Source: Candidatus Heimdallarchaeota archaeon
GTDB taxonomy: Archaea > Asgardarchaeota > Heimdallarchaeia > Heimdallarchaeales > Heimdallarchaeaceae
Length of the DNA: 36,300 nt
Direction of reading: 5' to 3'
Assembly: GCA_016839945.1 (NCBI GenBank)
Contig: JAEOTE010000009.1
Location: 1 to 36,300, forward strand
The notes beneath the pieces are model-generated. The model had not been told where the DNA came from. It made no database searches and saw nothing but the letters and a program-made list of their open reading frames with translations. This document shows positions 26,578 to 36,235 of the stretch, piece after piece; position 1 is the first letter of the stretch; each line of letters starts with the position of its first letter. The position numbers and the translations under genes were made by a program.

Positions 26578-27336
26578 TTATTTCTTAGAGATTTTTTGTT
26601 CTGTATTAGCACACCAATTTATGATAGATTTTGCTATTAGGAATTTTTTCATTTTTCGTTTTTTCATTTCTTCGTTGAGTTGGTATTGTTTGGAATATTT
26701 ACCAATCACAGGACCAAAATCAAAACCAGACAATATTATTTCTTCTACTTTCATCAATGTTGACAAGCAAACTGCTCTATCTCCATCTGTAAACCCATAG
26801 AAATTATAAGATCCAGGAAGAGGTTTTGTTTGAGTTGTTAATATGAAACTGTTTCCCCTTATGTTGCCTATATTATCCTTTATAGTTGAAATGTTGTCAC
26901 CATGAACATGAATTAGAAGTATAGATCCAGCGTTTTGTGCTTCAAATTGATCATTTAAATCACCATCTAAATCAGTCACAATAACATGAGGAATAAAACC
27001 TTGTTCTAACAAAAAGGAAGTTGAGCCATCTGCAGATATCAAAATTGTATCTTTTTTATTAATTATAGAAAGAGATAGTTCAAATTGTTCTTCTAAGCTT
27101 TCACCAGGAGCAACGATAAGAGTCCGATTCCCTCTAGTTATAGTAGTTCTCAGTTCTTCAGAGGACATATTACTTTTCATGATTTCTAGAATTTCTCTTA
27201 GAGCTGATTCATCTTTTTCTGAACTAATATCCAGAAATTTACAGATATGTGGATACCAGAATTCTAACCAAATAGACAAAGAAAAATCCTTATTTTCAAA
27301 TTCCTTAAAGGGAGAATCATTCGTATCATATATCAT
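26578..27336 (-). CDS. mptE: 6-hydroxymethyl-7,8-dihydropterin pyrophosphokinase (DUF115)
   Basis: 'ISADGST', 'IVTDLDG', 'HVHGDN', 'TTQ', 'GFTDGDRAV', 'GFDFG', 'GKYSK' and 'KMKKFLIA'. Confidence 0.9.
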   Translation of the reverse strand: MIYDTNDSPFKEFENKDFSLSIWLEFWYPHICKFLDISSEKDESALREILEIMKSNMSSEELRTTITRGNRTLIVAPGESLEEQFELSLSIINKKDTILISADGSTSFLLEQGFIPHVIVTDLDGDLNDQFEAQNAGSILLIHVHGDNISTIKDNIGNIRGNSFILTTQTKPLPGSYNFYGFTDGDRAVCLSTLMKVEEIILSGFDFGPVIGKYSKQYQLNEEMKKRKMKKFLIAKSIINWCANTEQKISKK

Positions 27337-29113
27337 CTTCTATTTCCTCCATAGTTAATTCTCTTTGGCTTTGGAGTTTGGTTAACGCTGTTTCATACCT
27401 ATTCTCAATATCCCTGAATCTAATAACTCCAACAACCTGCGTTCTTTTCTCTTTATCAACTACAGGCATGCATTCTATCCCATTTTCAGTAAGTCTATCA
27501 AAAGCCTGATTCAATGTTTCATCTGGAAAAGATATAATCACATCTTTAGTCATAACTTCATGGACATACGTTTTACCACTGGCAAAACCAGTTTGAAAAT
27601 CAATAGCACTTATTATTCCTTGGAGTTGATCCTTTTTATCTACTACTATCAAAGCACTGGTTTTGTGCAAGTAAAGCAGAGAAAAACTATCTTGTAATGA
27701 AGCTTCTTCTTTGACAGTAGGATATTCCTCTTCCATAGCTTCTTTAACAGTGAGAGTCGTTAGAAGATCTGTATATTGGATTCTTCTTCTAAGAATAACT
27801 TCTTTACTCTCAATTTGACCACCATATAAGCTGAAATCCATTGAGATAATGAACGCCATTGCATTTGATAAAATAAAAGGAATAACTAAGTTCGGAAAAC
27901 CCACCATCTCTAAAACCAAAATCATAGAAGCAATTGGAGTTTTAGTTGTAGCAGTATGCATAGCTGACATTGATACAACTATAACTGGAACAGCAATTGG
28001 TTCAATTGCAGGAACTATTTTTGCATATAAGGCACCAAGAGCTGCACCAGTAACCAAAGAAGGACCCATTACACCTGCACTATTACCAAAACCTACACAC
28101 GTAGAAGTAACAAGTATTTTACCAATAAATAAAACTAGTAAAACACCTATTGTAATTGAACTAAAATCCGTTACCAAAGAATTAATGGAGAGGAAGCCCG
28201 TTCCTTCCAATGAAACTCCATCACCTAAGTAATTTTTATCCACAAAAAAAACTACTAAGGTTGTTAGTAACATTCCAAAAAAGGGTAGGAGAAAAGATTT
28301 CAGGTATTTTTCGATCCATTTTGCAAATAATTTGAATAGTATGGAGAAACCAATTCCAAAAAATCCTGCAAATATTCCAATGACAATAAAATGTAAAGAA
28401 TTGAGAAAAGTCAAATCTAGGTTAATTGGTCCAAGGTCGAAATATGAAGGAGTTGAATGTAAAGCACGGAGTATAGCATCAGATATTAGCATGGATATTG
28501 CACTAGCTACAAGAGCTGGAAGAAAAACTGTTTCATCAAGATCTCTTTTATATGGCACTTCTGAAGCGAATACTGTTCCACCTAAGGGAGCTCTGAACAC
28601 AGCTGCTGTACATGCTGCTGCACCAATAGTTATTGCATGCATTTCATCTTCTTTAGTCATTCCTAATTTATCGCCTATAACTGAAGAAGTTGTGCTTCCT
28701 AATGTTACTGCAGGACCTTCTCTTCCTGCAGGAGAGTTAACACCAAGTGTTAAAACACTTGTAAAAAATTTGGTTAGAATAACTCTGGGACGAATAGGTG
28801 TTGTTGTATTCTTGTGTTTCAATACAAAAGACATTCCTGCTCCTCGGACTTCTTGAAAACCGAAATAGAGAAATAGAGAGGTTATGCCTCCCACAAGTGG
28901 AAACCTTACATAAATTGGGATAACGTCTAACCACACTTGAAGATTAACAACTAAAGCTGTAAACAAAGACATTAAGACTCCGCTAACTGCTCCGATAAGA
29001 ACTGCAAAAGGAAACCACTTTCTAGTATATTTCCAATATTTAGTTAATTGAATGGAAAAACGTTGTTTAAAGGTCATTTCTTTATCTGAGGAAGAGGTTT
29101 CTTTTTTATTCAC
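27326..29113 (-). CDS. CLC family chloride channel/transporter with tandem CBS domains
   Basis: GREGP, 'FRAPLGG.VFASEV', 'GVMGP', 'EMVG' and 'SLY'; C-terminal CBS pair. Confidence 0.92.
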   Translation of the reverse strand: MNKKETSSSDKEMTFKQRFSIQLTKYWKYTRKWFPFAVLIGAVSGVLMSLFTALVVNLQVWLDVIPIYVRFPLVGGITSLFLYFGFQEVRGAGMSFVLKHKNTTTPIRPRVILTKFFTSVLTLGVNSPAGREGPAVTLGSTTSSVIGDKLGMTKEDEMHAITIGAAACTAAVFRAPLGGTVFASEVPYKRDLDETVFLPALVASAISMLISDAILRALHSTPSYFDLGPINLDLTFLNSLHFIVIGIFAGFFGIGFSILFKLFAKWIEKYLKSFLLPFFGMLLTTLVVFFVDKNYLGDGVSLEGTGFLSINSLVTDFSSITIGVLLVLFIGKILVTSTCVGFGNSAGVMGPSLVTGAALGALYAKIVPAIEPIAVPVIVVSMSAMHTATTKTPIASMILVLEMVGFPNLVIPFILSNAMAFIISMDFSLYGGQIESKEVILRRRIQYTDLLTTLTVKEAMEEEYPTVKEEASLQDSFSLLYLHKTSALIVVDKKDQLQGIISAIDFQTGFASGKTYVHEVMTKDVIISFPDETLNQAFDRLTENGIECMPVVDKEKRTQVVGVIRFRDIENRYETALTKLQSQRELTMEEIEDDI

Positions 29114-29302
29114 ATTATATCAATATCTTTTAGAATTTTAACTTTATTTGTTTTAAAATGGGAATAATAGATTTAGTTTTTGATAAAGAATTTAAGTTAT
29201 TTTAAACAAAAATTGATAAGTATTTTAACAAATAGTCAAATATAAGAAGACATTGAAAGATTTATATTAAAAGAAGAATCAAAGCCGAATGATGGAATCT
29301 AA

Positions 29303-31477
29303 ATGAAACATAGTAGATTAGTAAAAAAGAAAGTATCAATGGTGTTATATGGGTCTGTTATAGTAGCGATAATTCTATTCTCTCCGATATCCGTACATTC
29401 CCAAAATTTGAATGTAGTTGAAGATAGTTTATCAAACACAATACATCAATCTTTACAAGATGATTTTAGCAGAGAGATGATGTTTCCATATACTTACGAT
29501 TATGTCACAGAACCTTATGTTCTTGATTTCGGGAAAGACATGATTCTGGAAACTGTAATAGTTGCAACTTCAGTATCTGGATCAAGCCGAGTCTATCTAG
29601 TTAGTAATGAACAAATTGTTAGTGGATGGCCTGTTGAATTACCAGTGGAGATGAATGATGTTGAGATTGTTGGTGAAATTGGTTTAAATGGAGGAATTGA
29701 TCCTGCTATAGTTTTTAGCTGGGAGAATGCAACAGAAGAAAATACAGTTTTTACTTATTTCTTTGCTATCAAAGCTGATGGCACAATTGATCCAACTTAT
29801 GGTTTTCAGCTTAATGGCTCATTTATTGATGATATTATATTTGAAGATATAAATAATGATAATGAAAAAGAATATGTTCTAATAAGAAACGATAGGTATG
29901 TTTTTCATTTAGATCAAAATGGAAACAATATAACAAATTGGCCAATTCATATAAGCGAATCAATTACTTTTAACAAACCTGTAGTGGAAGACATTTCAGG
30001 TGATGATGAAGGAGACATTATTGTAATCTCTGATAAAGGTCTGGTTTTTGCATGGCATCAAAATGGTACAATAATTAATGGTTTTCCTTTTAGAATGCCA
30101 ATGAATGATTATAATCCTATAGAACACGGTGAGCAATTTAGAGATAAACCAATTATTGCAGATTTAAATGAGGATGGAAAAAAAGAGCTAGCTATTGCAT
30201 CAACTCTAAATTATTTATATGTAGCGACTTTGGAACCGCCTAATAATCAAACGTGGGAAATCGAATTACCACAAAATTCCTATTATTTTGATGGTACTGC
30301 GTATGATATTAACAATGATGGTCGTAAAGAAATAGTGCATGTCTTAAATGCGGGAGTGCTAGCATTTAGATTAGAAGAAGATTTAGAACAAATATTCTTT
30401 TATCCAGGGGGTGGAGGGATATTTAGATCTCAAGCAATAGCTGATCTTGATAGGGATAACAGAGCTGAAATTGTTGTTTCTCCCTACTTAAACACCTACG
30501 CCGTAAATGATGATGGAAGTTTCCTCAAAGAGTTTCAGAGATATTCCACTGCTTACGATACATCTCCTCTAATCTATGATTTCGATAATGATAAAGAAAT
30601 CGAAATTATACAATTAACTTTCAAAGGAGCGCTTTACATATTTGAAACGAACGACTATGGATTTGCACCATGGATTTATAGACTAGGTTCAACAACGAAC
30701 TCTGTCAACAAAGATTCTGATAATGATGGTCTTTGGGATTTTGAAGAGGAGATTATTGGGACAGATGTAAACCTCAATGATACAGATGGGGATACTGCAT
30801 TAGATGGATTAGAAGTTAATCAATATGCCTTAGATCCCTTAACTCCAGATATCGATTCAGATAGTGACTCTGACGGACTTTCTAATGTTGATGAAGTAGA
30901 AATACATGGTTCGGACCCTCTAGATCCAGACACTGACGGAGACACTTTAAATGATGGAGAAGAGGTTTCTGTTTATTTCACTAACCCTAATATGCAAGAT
31001 TCTGATAACGATGGTTTACCAGATAATTATGAAGTTTTGTACAGTGTATTAGACCCAAATGATCCAACAGATGCAACAGAAGACCCTGATGAAGACAATC
31101 TTATTAACAGAGACGAAAGAAGCTGGGCTACTAATCCTGAAGATCCTGATAGCGACGACGATGGGCTTTTAGACGGCGATGAGGCTTTTAAGTACTTTAC
31201 CGATCCGAACAATCCTCACGACGCAGAAACGGATCACGATGGTGATGGTCTTACCACTGTAGAAGAGGTTGACATCTACTTAACTGACCCTACGATGCCA
31301 GATAGCGATTCCGACGGTTATGATGATGGTGAGGAAGTAAGAAGAGGTTCAGATCCACTTGATCCAGATAGTATTCCAACTGGCAGGACATCTTTCACCC
31401 ATTTGAGTATAGTATCTCTTTCTTTAGTTTTCATCTTAGGTATTTACAAGGTATTGAATAGAAGGAGAAAGAAGTAG
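29303..31477 (+). CDS. Cell-surface protein: FG-GAP/VCBS-like propeller repeats + Ca-binding TSP3-like (DxDxDG) repeats + C-terminal TM anchor
   Basis: Signal peptide; repeated 'DINNDxx[26 protein letters not shown]'; repeated 'DxDxDGL.D..E....TDP'; TM + RRRKK tail. Confidence 0.85.
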   Translation: MKHSRLVKKKVSMVLYGSVIVAIILFSPISVHSQNLNVVEDSLSNTIHQSLQDDFSREMMFPYTYDYVTEPYVLDFGKDMILETVIVATSVSGSSRVYLVSNEQIVSGWPVELPVEMNDVEIVGEIGLNGGIDPAIVFSWENATEENTVFTYFFAIKADGTIDPTYGFQLNGSFIDDIIFEDINNDNEKEYVLIRNDRYVFHLDQNGNNITNWPIHISESITFNKPVVEDISGDDEGDIIVISDKGLVFAWHQNGTIINGFPFRMPMNDYNPIEHGEQFRDKPIIADLNEDGKKELAIASTLNYLYVATLEPPNNQTWEIELPQNSYYFDGTAYDINNDGRKEIVHVLNAGVLAFRLEEDLEQIFFYPGGGGIFRSQAIADLDRDNRAEIVVSPYLNTYAVNDDGSFLKEFQRYSTAYDTSPLIYDFDNDKEIEIIQLTFKGALYIFETNDYGFAPWIYRLGSTTNSVNKDSDNDGLWDFEEEIIGTDVNLNDTDGDTALDGLEVNQYALDPLTPDIDSDSDSDGLSNVDEVEIHGSDPLDPDTDGDTLNDGEEVSVYFTNPNMQDSDNDGLPDNYEVLYSVLDPNDPTDATEDPDEDNLINRDERSWATNPEDPDSDDDGLLDGDEAFKYFTDPNNPHDAETDHDGDGLTTVEEVDIYLTDPTMPDSDSDGYDDGEEVRRGSDPLDPDSIPTGRTSFTHLSIVSLSLVFILGIYKVLNRRRKK
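30713..31372 (+). repeat. Coding tandem repeats (~22-25 aa) of TSP3-like DxDxDGLxDxxE units, about nine copies
   Basis: DSDNDGL, DTDGDTA, DSDSDGL, DTDGDTL, DSDNDGL, DPDEDNL, DSDDDGL, DHDGDGL and DSDSDGY. Confidence 0.85.
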
Positions 31478-31489
31478 GAGTAACATTCA

Positions 31490-31924
31490 ATGAAATGCCC
31501 TTATTGTGGTTATACAAAGACTAAGAACACTGGAGAAAATTTTCGTTCTTATTCATGTCCAAGATGTGACTATCCCTTTCAAGCATCTCTTGGTGATGTG
31601 ATTGTTAAAAAGACATTATCCATTCCTTTCTCTACATTTATTTACACACCCATAATATTCACAATAGATTATTTTATTGCAAAGTATTCTTTTCAAGGTG
31701 CTATTGTTGAGTTTGGCTTAGCTCTCTCTTTTCATCTCGTGATGAGTTCTTTAGTTCTTCTTTTCATTTTATTCATTACCACAGAACAAAAATCTCGAAT
31801 ATTCTTGTTCAAAAAACAAAGTGATAAGAGTTTTTTTGCTAAAGTTAATGAGTTTTCCCCCCTTCTAAAAATAGCTATTTTACTGATACTAATTGCTTTA
31901 ATTACTCCTTTTGCTTTTCAGTAG
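31490..31924 (+). CDS. Zinc-ribbon membrane protein
   Basis: CPYC...CPRC N-terminus followed by about 3 TM helices; GGAG SD; 12 nt after the adhesin gene. Confidence 0.7.
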   Translation: MKCPYCGYTKTKNTGENFRSYSCPRCDYPFQASLGDVIVKKTLSIPFSTFIYTPIIFTIDYFIAKYSFQGAIVEFGLALSFHLVMSSLVLLFILFITTEQKSRIFLFKKQSDKSFFAKVNEFSPLLKIAILLILIALITPFAFQ

Positions 31925-31980
31925 TCTTTGGCTTATTGTAACATTGGTAGTTAACAAATAAAGAATCATTAAGTCCTTGA

Positions 31981-32028
31981 AAACAGAAAAACAAGAAAAG
32001 AAAAAAGAAAAAAAGAAAGGTATTTTAT
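31981..32028 (-). terminator. Oligo-T terminator downstream of the SBP operon
   Basis: The minus strand reads TTTCTTTTTTTCTTTTTTCTTTTCTTGTTTTTCTG shortly after the stop. Similar tracts follow the stops at 8514, 9258 and 22056 (+) and 10106 and 11310 (-). Confidence 0.55.
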
Positions 32029-33972
32029 TTATTTCCTTTTGCGGTAGAATACTAAGAAAGCTGCTGCGCCTATTGCTGCTATTATACCAATTATTGGAAT
32101 TGGTACTTCTATAGTAATAGTATATCCAGCTGCTGCTAACCATTCTTGTGCTGCTTCGAGATTATAGTCGTACTTAACAATATCATTGTAATAGTAGAAT
32201 GAGTGATATGGATAAGTTACACTGTGAGCGATAACTGCTTCACCATCTAACATGACTTCATTAATCTCGTTTCTATCGATTGCGTAGTTCATTGCTTTAC
32301 GAACGGCTACACCTTTAGTATATTCTTCTTTTCCAGGTTCAGTTAGGAAGACATAGTTATCTTCTCCACCAACGAATGGACGTTGTAGATTATAGAAGAA
32401 GAAGTCGTAAGATGCAGGCATAAGTGAGTATACTGTAAACCTTGGATCGGCTTGCATTTGCTTTCTCTCAGTTGGGAAGCTTGTTACACCAACAGTATCG
32501 AGTTTTCCTGCTTTGAATTCTGCGAGTTCTGCAGTAGAATCAGGAATAACACGCATATTGTATTGGTCAACCATTTGAGTCTTTCCACCAACACCATCAA
32601 TTAATCCTACACCATGCCAGAATGGACTTGCTTGTAAGACTGTTACAGAGTGGGGTACATAATAATCTAACATGTATTGACCGGTACCAAATGAGGATGA
32701 ACCGAAAAAGGTCCATGGAGCTTCAAGAGTAATATCATGAGTTACGTTGTCATACAATCCAGTAACTGTCCAACCACTTGGTGTGGTTTCAGTCCATGTT
32801 GTGTCTGTAGAATTCAAGAAGAATTCTGGAAGAATTTCTGAATAGACTATTTGTTCATAGTAGAATACATTCTGTTCAAGTTCAGGTGTATTGTGATCAC
32901 CATCAATGTGAACATGGAATTTCATCTCATCAACAGGATCGACATAACAGTTTTCTAACCAATACCAATTGTAAGTTCTTGCACTTACTGTTGCCCAAGC
33001 ACCATATGTAAATACAAAATCTTTTGCTGTCATTTGTTGATTTGTTCCGTCACTGTATTCACCTTTCATACCTACTTCCAAATCTCCTGTTGTAAGAGTG
33101 CTTAATGCTGGAGATGAAGCGTCTCTTCCAATCACATCATAAGATGGGTTGAAATAAACATCGTCTCTAACAGTGTATACGTAGTGGTTTGCGTCAATCA
33201 TTTCCCAATCTACAATGAGACCATTCTTGATAGGAATCATTTCGGGATTGACTGATAATCCAGGCCTCAAATAGAGTCGGAATATGTTACTACTTGATGT
33301 ATCTCTATTAAACAGTGGATTTAATGTGGTCCACATGGCGTCAGCTTCATTCCATTCATCAACAGTTACTTGTCCATCGTGTAATCCATCAAAATCCATG
33401 TAAGGATTAGATGCATACCAGCCCCAATCATAGTCATAACCGAGTGTGTTTGACCACATAGCTCTGTAAGATCTACGAGTGAACAATGGGCAAATTGGAA
33501 CGATCTTATCCATTGTAAGTTGCTGCCATTCATAATAGAGTTGTTGTTGTTCAGCTAGATCAGTTACTGTTGTAGCTTCTAACTGCATGTTTTCACTTTG
33601 GTTTTGATAAGGCATAACCTTTTCTAAACCAAATAGGTTCAATGTACCATCTTCTGAATAAGCAGATCTAAAGTCTGGAGAAATTGCTCCACCAGATATT
33701 CCTACTATTCCACAGTCATAATCGTGTGATAATGTTAATTCACCCACGAATACTGACCATTCTTCAAGTTTGACTTCAAGTTCAATACCTATATCTCTAA
33801 GATATTGTGCAATGAACAAACCATAGTCTCCTCTTACAGGATTCCCGGAATTTGTTTTGAAAACCAAGTTCGCAATAGGTTCCTGTACGGCATTAATTGT
33901 TTGTGCGTTATAAGCGCTCATTATTGCAAAGCTAGCAATAATAAAAAGAGCTATAAATGCTTTTTTCTTCAT
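32029..33972 (-). CDS. ABC transporter substrate-binding protein, family 5 (OppA/DppA-like), circularly permuted, C-terminally anchored
   Basis: 'TAKDFVFTY', 'GTGQYML', 'AEFKAGKLD', 'VRKAMNYAIDR' and 'YDYNLEAAQEWLAAAGY'; the 'IAQYLRDIGI' block is at the N-terminus. Confidence 0.88.
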   Translation of the reverse strand: MKKKAFIALFIIASFAIMSAYNAQTINAVQEPIANLVFKTNSGNPVRGDYGLFIAQYLRDIGIELEVKLEEWSVFVGELTLSHDYDCGIVGISGGAISPDFRSAYSEDGTLNLFGLEKVMPYQNQSENMQLEATTVTDLAEQQQLYYEWQQLTMDKIVPICPLFTRRSYRAMWSNTLGYDYDWGWYASNPYMDFDGLHDGQVTVDEWNEADAMWTTLNPLFNRDTSSSNIFRLYLRPGLSVNPEMIPIKNGLIVDWEMIDANHYVYTVRDDVYFNPSYDVIGRDASSPALSTLTTGDLEVGMKGEYSDGTNQQMTAKDFVFTYGAWATVSARTYNWYWLENCYVDPVDEMKFHVHIDGDHNTPELEQNVFYYEQIVYSEILPEFFLNSTDTTWTETTPSGWTVTGLYDNVTHDITLEAPWTFFGSSSFGTGQYMLDYYVPHSVTVLQASPFWHGVGLIDGVGGKTQMVDQYNMRVIPDSTAELAEFKAGKLDTVGVTSFPTERKQMQADPRFTVYSLMPASYDFFFYNLQRPFVGGEDNYVFLTEPGKEEYTKGVAVRKAMNYAIDRNEINEVMLDGEAVIAHSVTYPYHSFYYYNDIVKYDYNLEAAQEWLAAAGYTITIEVPIPIIGIIAAIGAAAFLVFYRKRK

Positions 33973-33990
33973 TTAAGATCACCTTTTATA

Positions 33991-35253
33991 TTATCTTTTA
34001 CGACGCATTAAGTATAATGCGGTTACTAGCCCGAGCATTGAGACACTTATAAATATGCCGAAGGAAATTCCTGTTGCGGCTACGGGGCCTACTTGTATTC
34101 TGAATACTGCTGTGTCCATCGCATGTGTGGGTATTGTCATCCATTCTAAAGGCCAACCATAATAGTCTGCTAAATACATTGCAAAACCATCACCTATTGG
34201 TCCTATCAGTACAAAGAATACAACATTCAAACCTTCATATAGTGAGAATTCTGTTTCTGCTGGATCTACGGCATAGTTATTAACTACCCAGTAATATGCT
34301 GATGGTCCCATGTGTGCAGGATCCAACCAAGTTGGTTCTCCTGTAATTGGACTTGTTGGAAAGTCAATAATACCTGTTACTCCTTGTGAATCATAGGTCA
34401 TACCTGTATCACTCATTGATGAGTTCCATATTGCTTTTACTGAAACAGTTTCTGGTGCTGCTGCTGTACCAATATCCATACTTTGGTATACATCACCTGT
34501 TTGAGCTACAGCTATTGGACGTGGGGTGCAGTTATCCCAATCATTTACTAAGTTATATCCAGTTACTGGAACGTCTAAGGCTGCTACAGCTTCTTGTTCA
34601 ACTGTGACTGTGTTATATGGTGCATAAAATGGGAACAATGTCTCAGGAACATCATCCCTTGTTTCACCAACATAGAATAGTTTGCTGTCATGTGCATATT
34701 CATAATCCCAGGAGGTGTGATTTGCATCAGAAACTAGCTCTGCTGCAAGTATAGTTAGATAGTGCCATCCAACTTCCAAAGGAATGTTCTTTACTTTGTA
34801 TAGGTCTTGAAGTGTTCCTTCATTTTCTGCTAATTCTACATTACTTCCACCAAGGCTTATATCATCTAGCATTACATTGTACCATCCACTGAAACGGGTT
34901 TCATTGAATAGATAGCCAACTTCAGTAACATTATTTTCAGCTGTATAATACCAATCAGTACATCCATCTCCACCATTATAAAATGCAGGTGTAGGATAAG
35001 CGTACCATGAGTTAATACATATATCATAGAAGAAAGCAAATCTTAGTAAGTCACCCTGACCGAGTACCATACTAGTATCTACAAACCTTTTATCGAACTC
35101 GACATAGACTTCTCCCACATCTCTGTAGGTAGAGGGAGCCCATTCAAGTGTTATATCAACCATTTTTTTTGCAGGTTCAGCGTTATTTAATGCAACAACG
35201 CCAAACATTGATACCACAAAAAGGAAGATTAAAATTAGTCCTTTTTTATTCAT
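33991..35253 (-). CDS. Secreted surface protein with C-terminal TM anchor
   Basis: GGTGA SD; signal peptide; sequons NVT, NET, NHT and NSS; TM + RRKR tail; 18 nt upstream of the SBP gene. Confidence 0.78.
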   Translation of the reverse strand: MNKKGLILIFLFVVSMFGVVALNNAEPAKKMVDITLEWAPSTYRDVGEVYVEFDKRFVDTSMVLGQGDLLRFAFFYDICINSWYAYPTPAFYNGGDGCTDWYYTAENNVTEVGYLFNETRFSGWYNVMLDDISLGGSNVELAENEGTLQDLYKVKNIPLEVGWHYLTILAAELVSDANHTSWDYEYAHDSKLFYVGETRDDVPETLFPFYAPYNTVTVEQEAVAALDVPVTGYNLVNDWDNCTPRPIAVAQTGDVYQSMDIGTAAAPETVSVKAIWNSSMSDTGMTYDSQGVTGIIDFPTSPITGEPTWLDPAHMGPSAYYWVVNNYAVDPAETEFSLYEGLNVVFFVLIGPIGDGFAMYLADYYGWPLEWMTIPTHAMDTAVFRIQVGPVAATGISFGIFISVSMLGLVTALYLMRRKR

Positions 35254-35497
35254 TATTTTTTCACCTTTGCTTACATAAAGTAAGCATGTCAGTTTATTGA
35301 TATGTAATATAAAAACATTATGTAGTAAATATTAGCTTTATATAATATAGAGGAGGTTTAATTATAAATAAATCTAAATTCAAAGCCTAATAATATTATT
35401 ATACATTCTGCAGTTTTGAGAAGCAATCTTCTGGTATTTGAAAATCGTTAAACACATGAATTCTCAATCTACAATAACTTCATAAAATTAAAAAGAT

Positions 35498-36235
35498 TTA
35501 TTCTATCTCGCTGAGCATTCTTTTAACGTTTTTAATATCTTTATTGATTTCATCTACTCTATTTTCTAAATTTTCAACTAGTTTAAGTATTTCAACAATG
35601 TTCTCTGACTTACTTTCATAATTTGTTATAATTTCTTGCAAAGGTTTGGTTTTTTGGTGTTGAGCATCAACGGCCATTTTCTCTTCTTTGGGGATATCAC
35701 CCACAATGAGTCTCCTACTCATATGCTCAAATAATTCGTTGATATTTTCTCCTGTTAAAGCTGAGGTTTCATAGATTTTTGCAGGAAAATTGAAAGATTC
35801 TTGGAATTTTTTAGCTATTTCCTCCATATCCTCTGTATGAACTTCTCTATCGTCTACTAAATCTATTTTATTACCAATAAGATACAACTCTTGAAGTGAG
35901 TTTTTTGCATAGTTAGTCGCTTCTTCAGCCCATTTTAAACTGTTCTTTAATGTTTGAGGATTTGTTACATCAAAGACAACAAGAGCGCATTTACAACCAT
36001 GATAGAAAGAAGACCGCATACCATGGAAGATTGTTTGTCCTGCTAAATCCCAAATAGTTAGTAGAACTAGTTCTCCCTCAATATTCACTTTTTGAGCTGC
36101 AAAATCTGCCCCTAAGGTTTTCAAATAATCAGCTCTGAATGATTTTCCCATGTATTTTCTTCGAATCGAAGTTTTTCCCACTTCAGGATCACCAATAAGA
36201 ACTATTTTATAAGCTCTTTTAGGTTCAATTGACAT
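35498..36235 (-). CDS. Rab-like Ras-superfamily small GTPase with C-terminal coiled coil
   Basis: G1 GDPEVGKT, G2 YLKTLGADF, G3 WDLAGQ, G4 NKID and G5 ETSAL; heptad-rich last ~45 aa. Confidence 0.93.
   Translation of the reverse strand: MSIEPKRAYKIVLIGDPEVGKTSIRRKYMGKSFRADYLKTLGADFAAQKVNIEGELVLLTIWDLAGQTIFHGMRSSFYHGCKCALVVFDVTNPQTLKNSLKWAEEATNYAKNSLQELYLIGNKIDLVDDREVHTEDMEEIAKKFQESFNFPAKIYETSALTGENINELFEHMSRRLIVGDIPKEEKMAVDAQHQKTKPLQEIITNYESKSENIVEILKLVENLENRVDEINKDIKNVKRMLSEIE

Noticed and set aside
27326-29113. Fluoride-specific CLC-F exporter
   Set aside because: It has GREGP and CBS domains rather than the GNNLI/GREGT signature, and no fluoride riboswitch is seen upstream.
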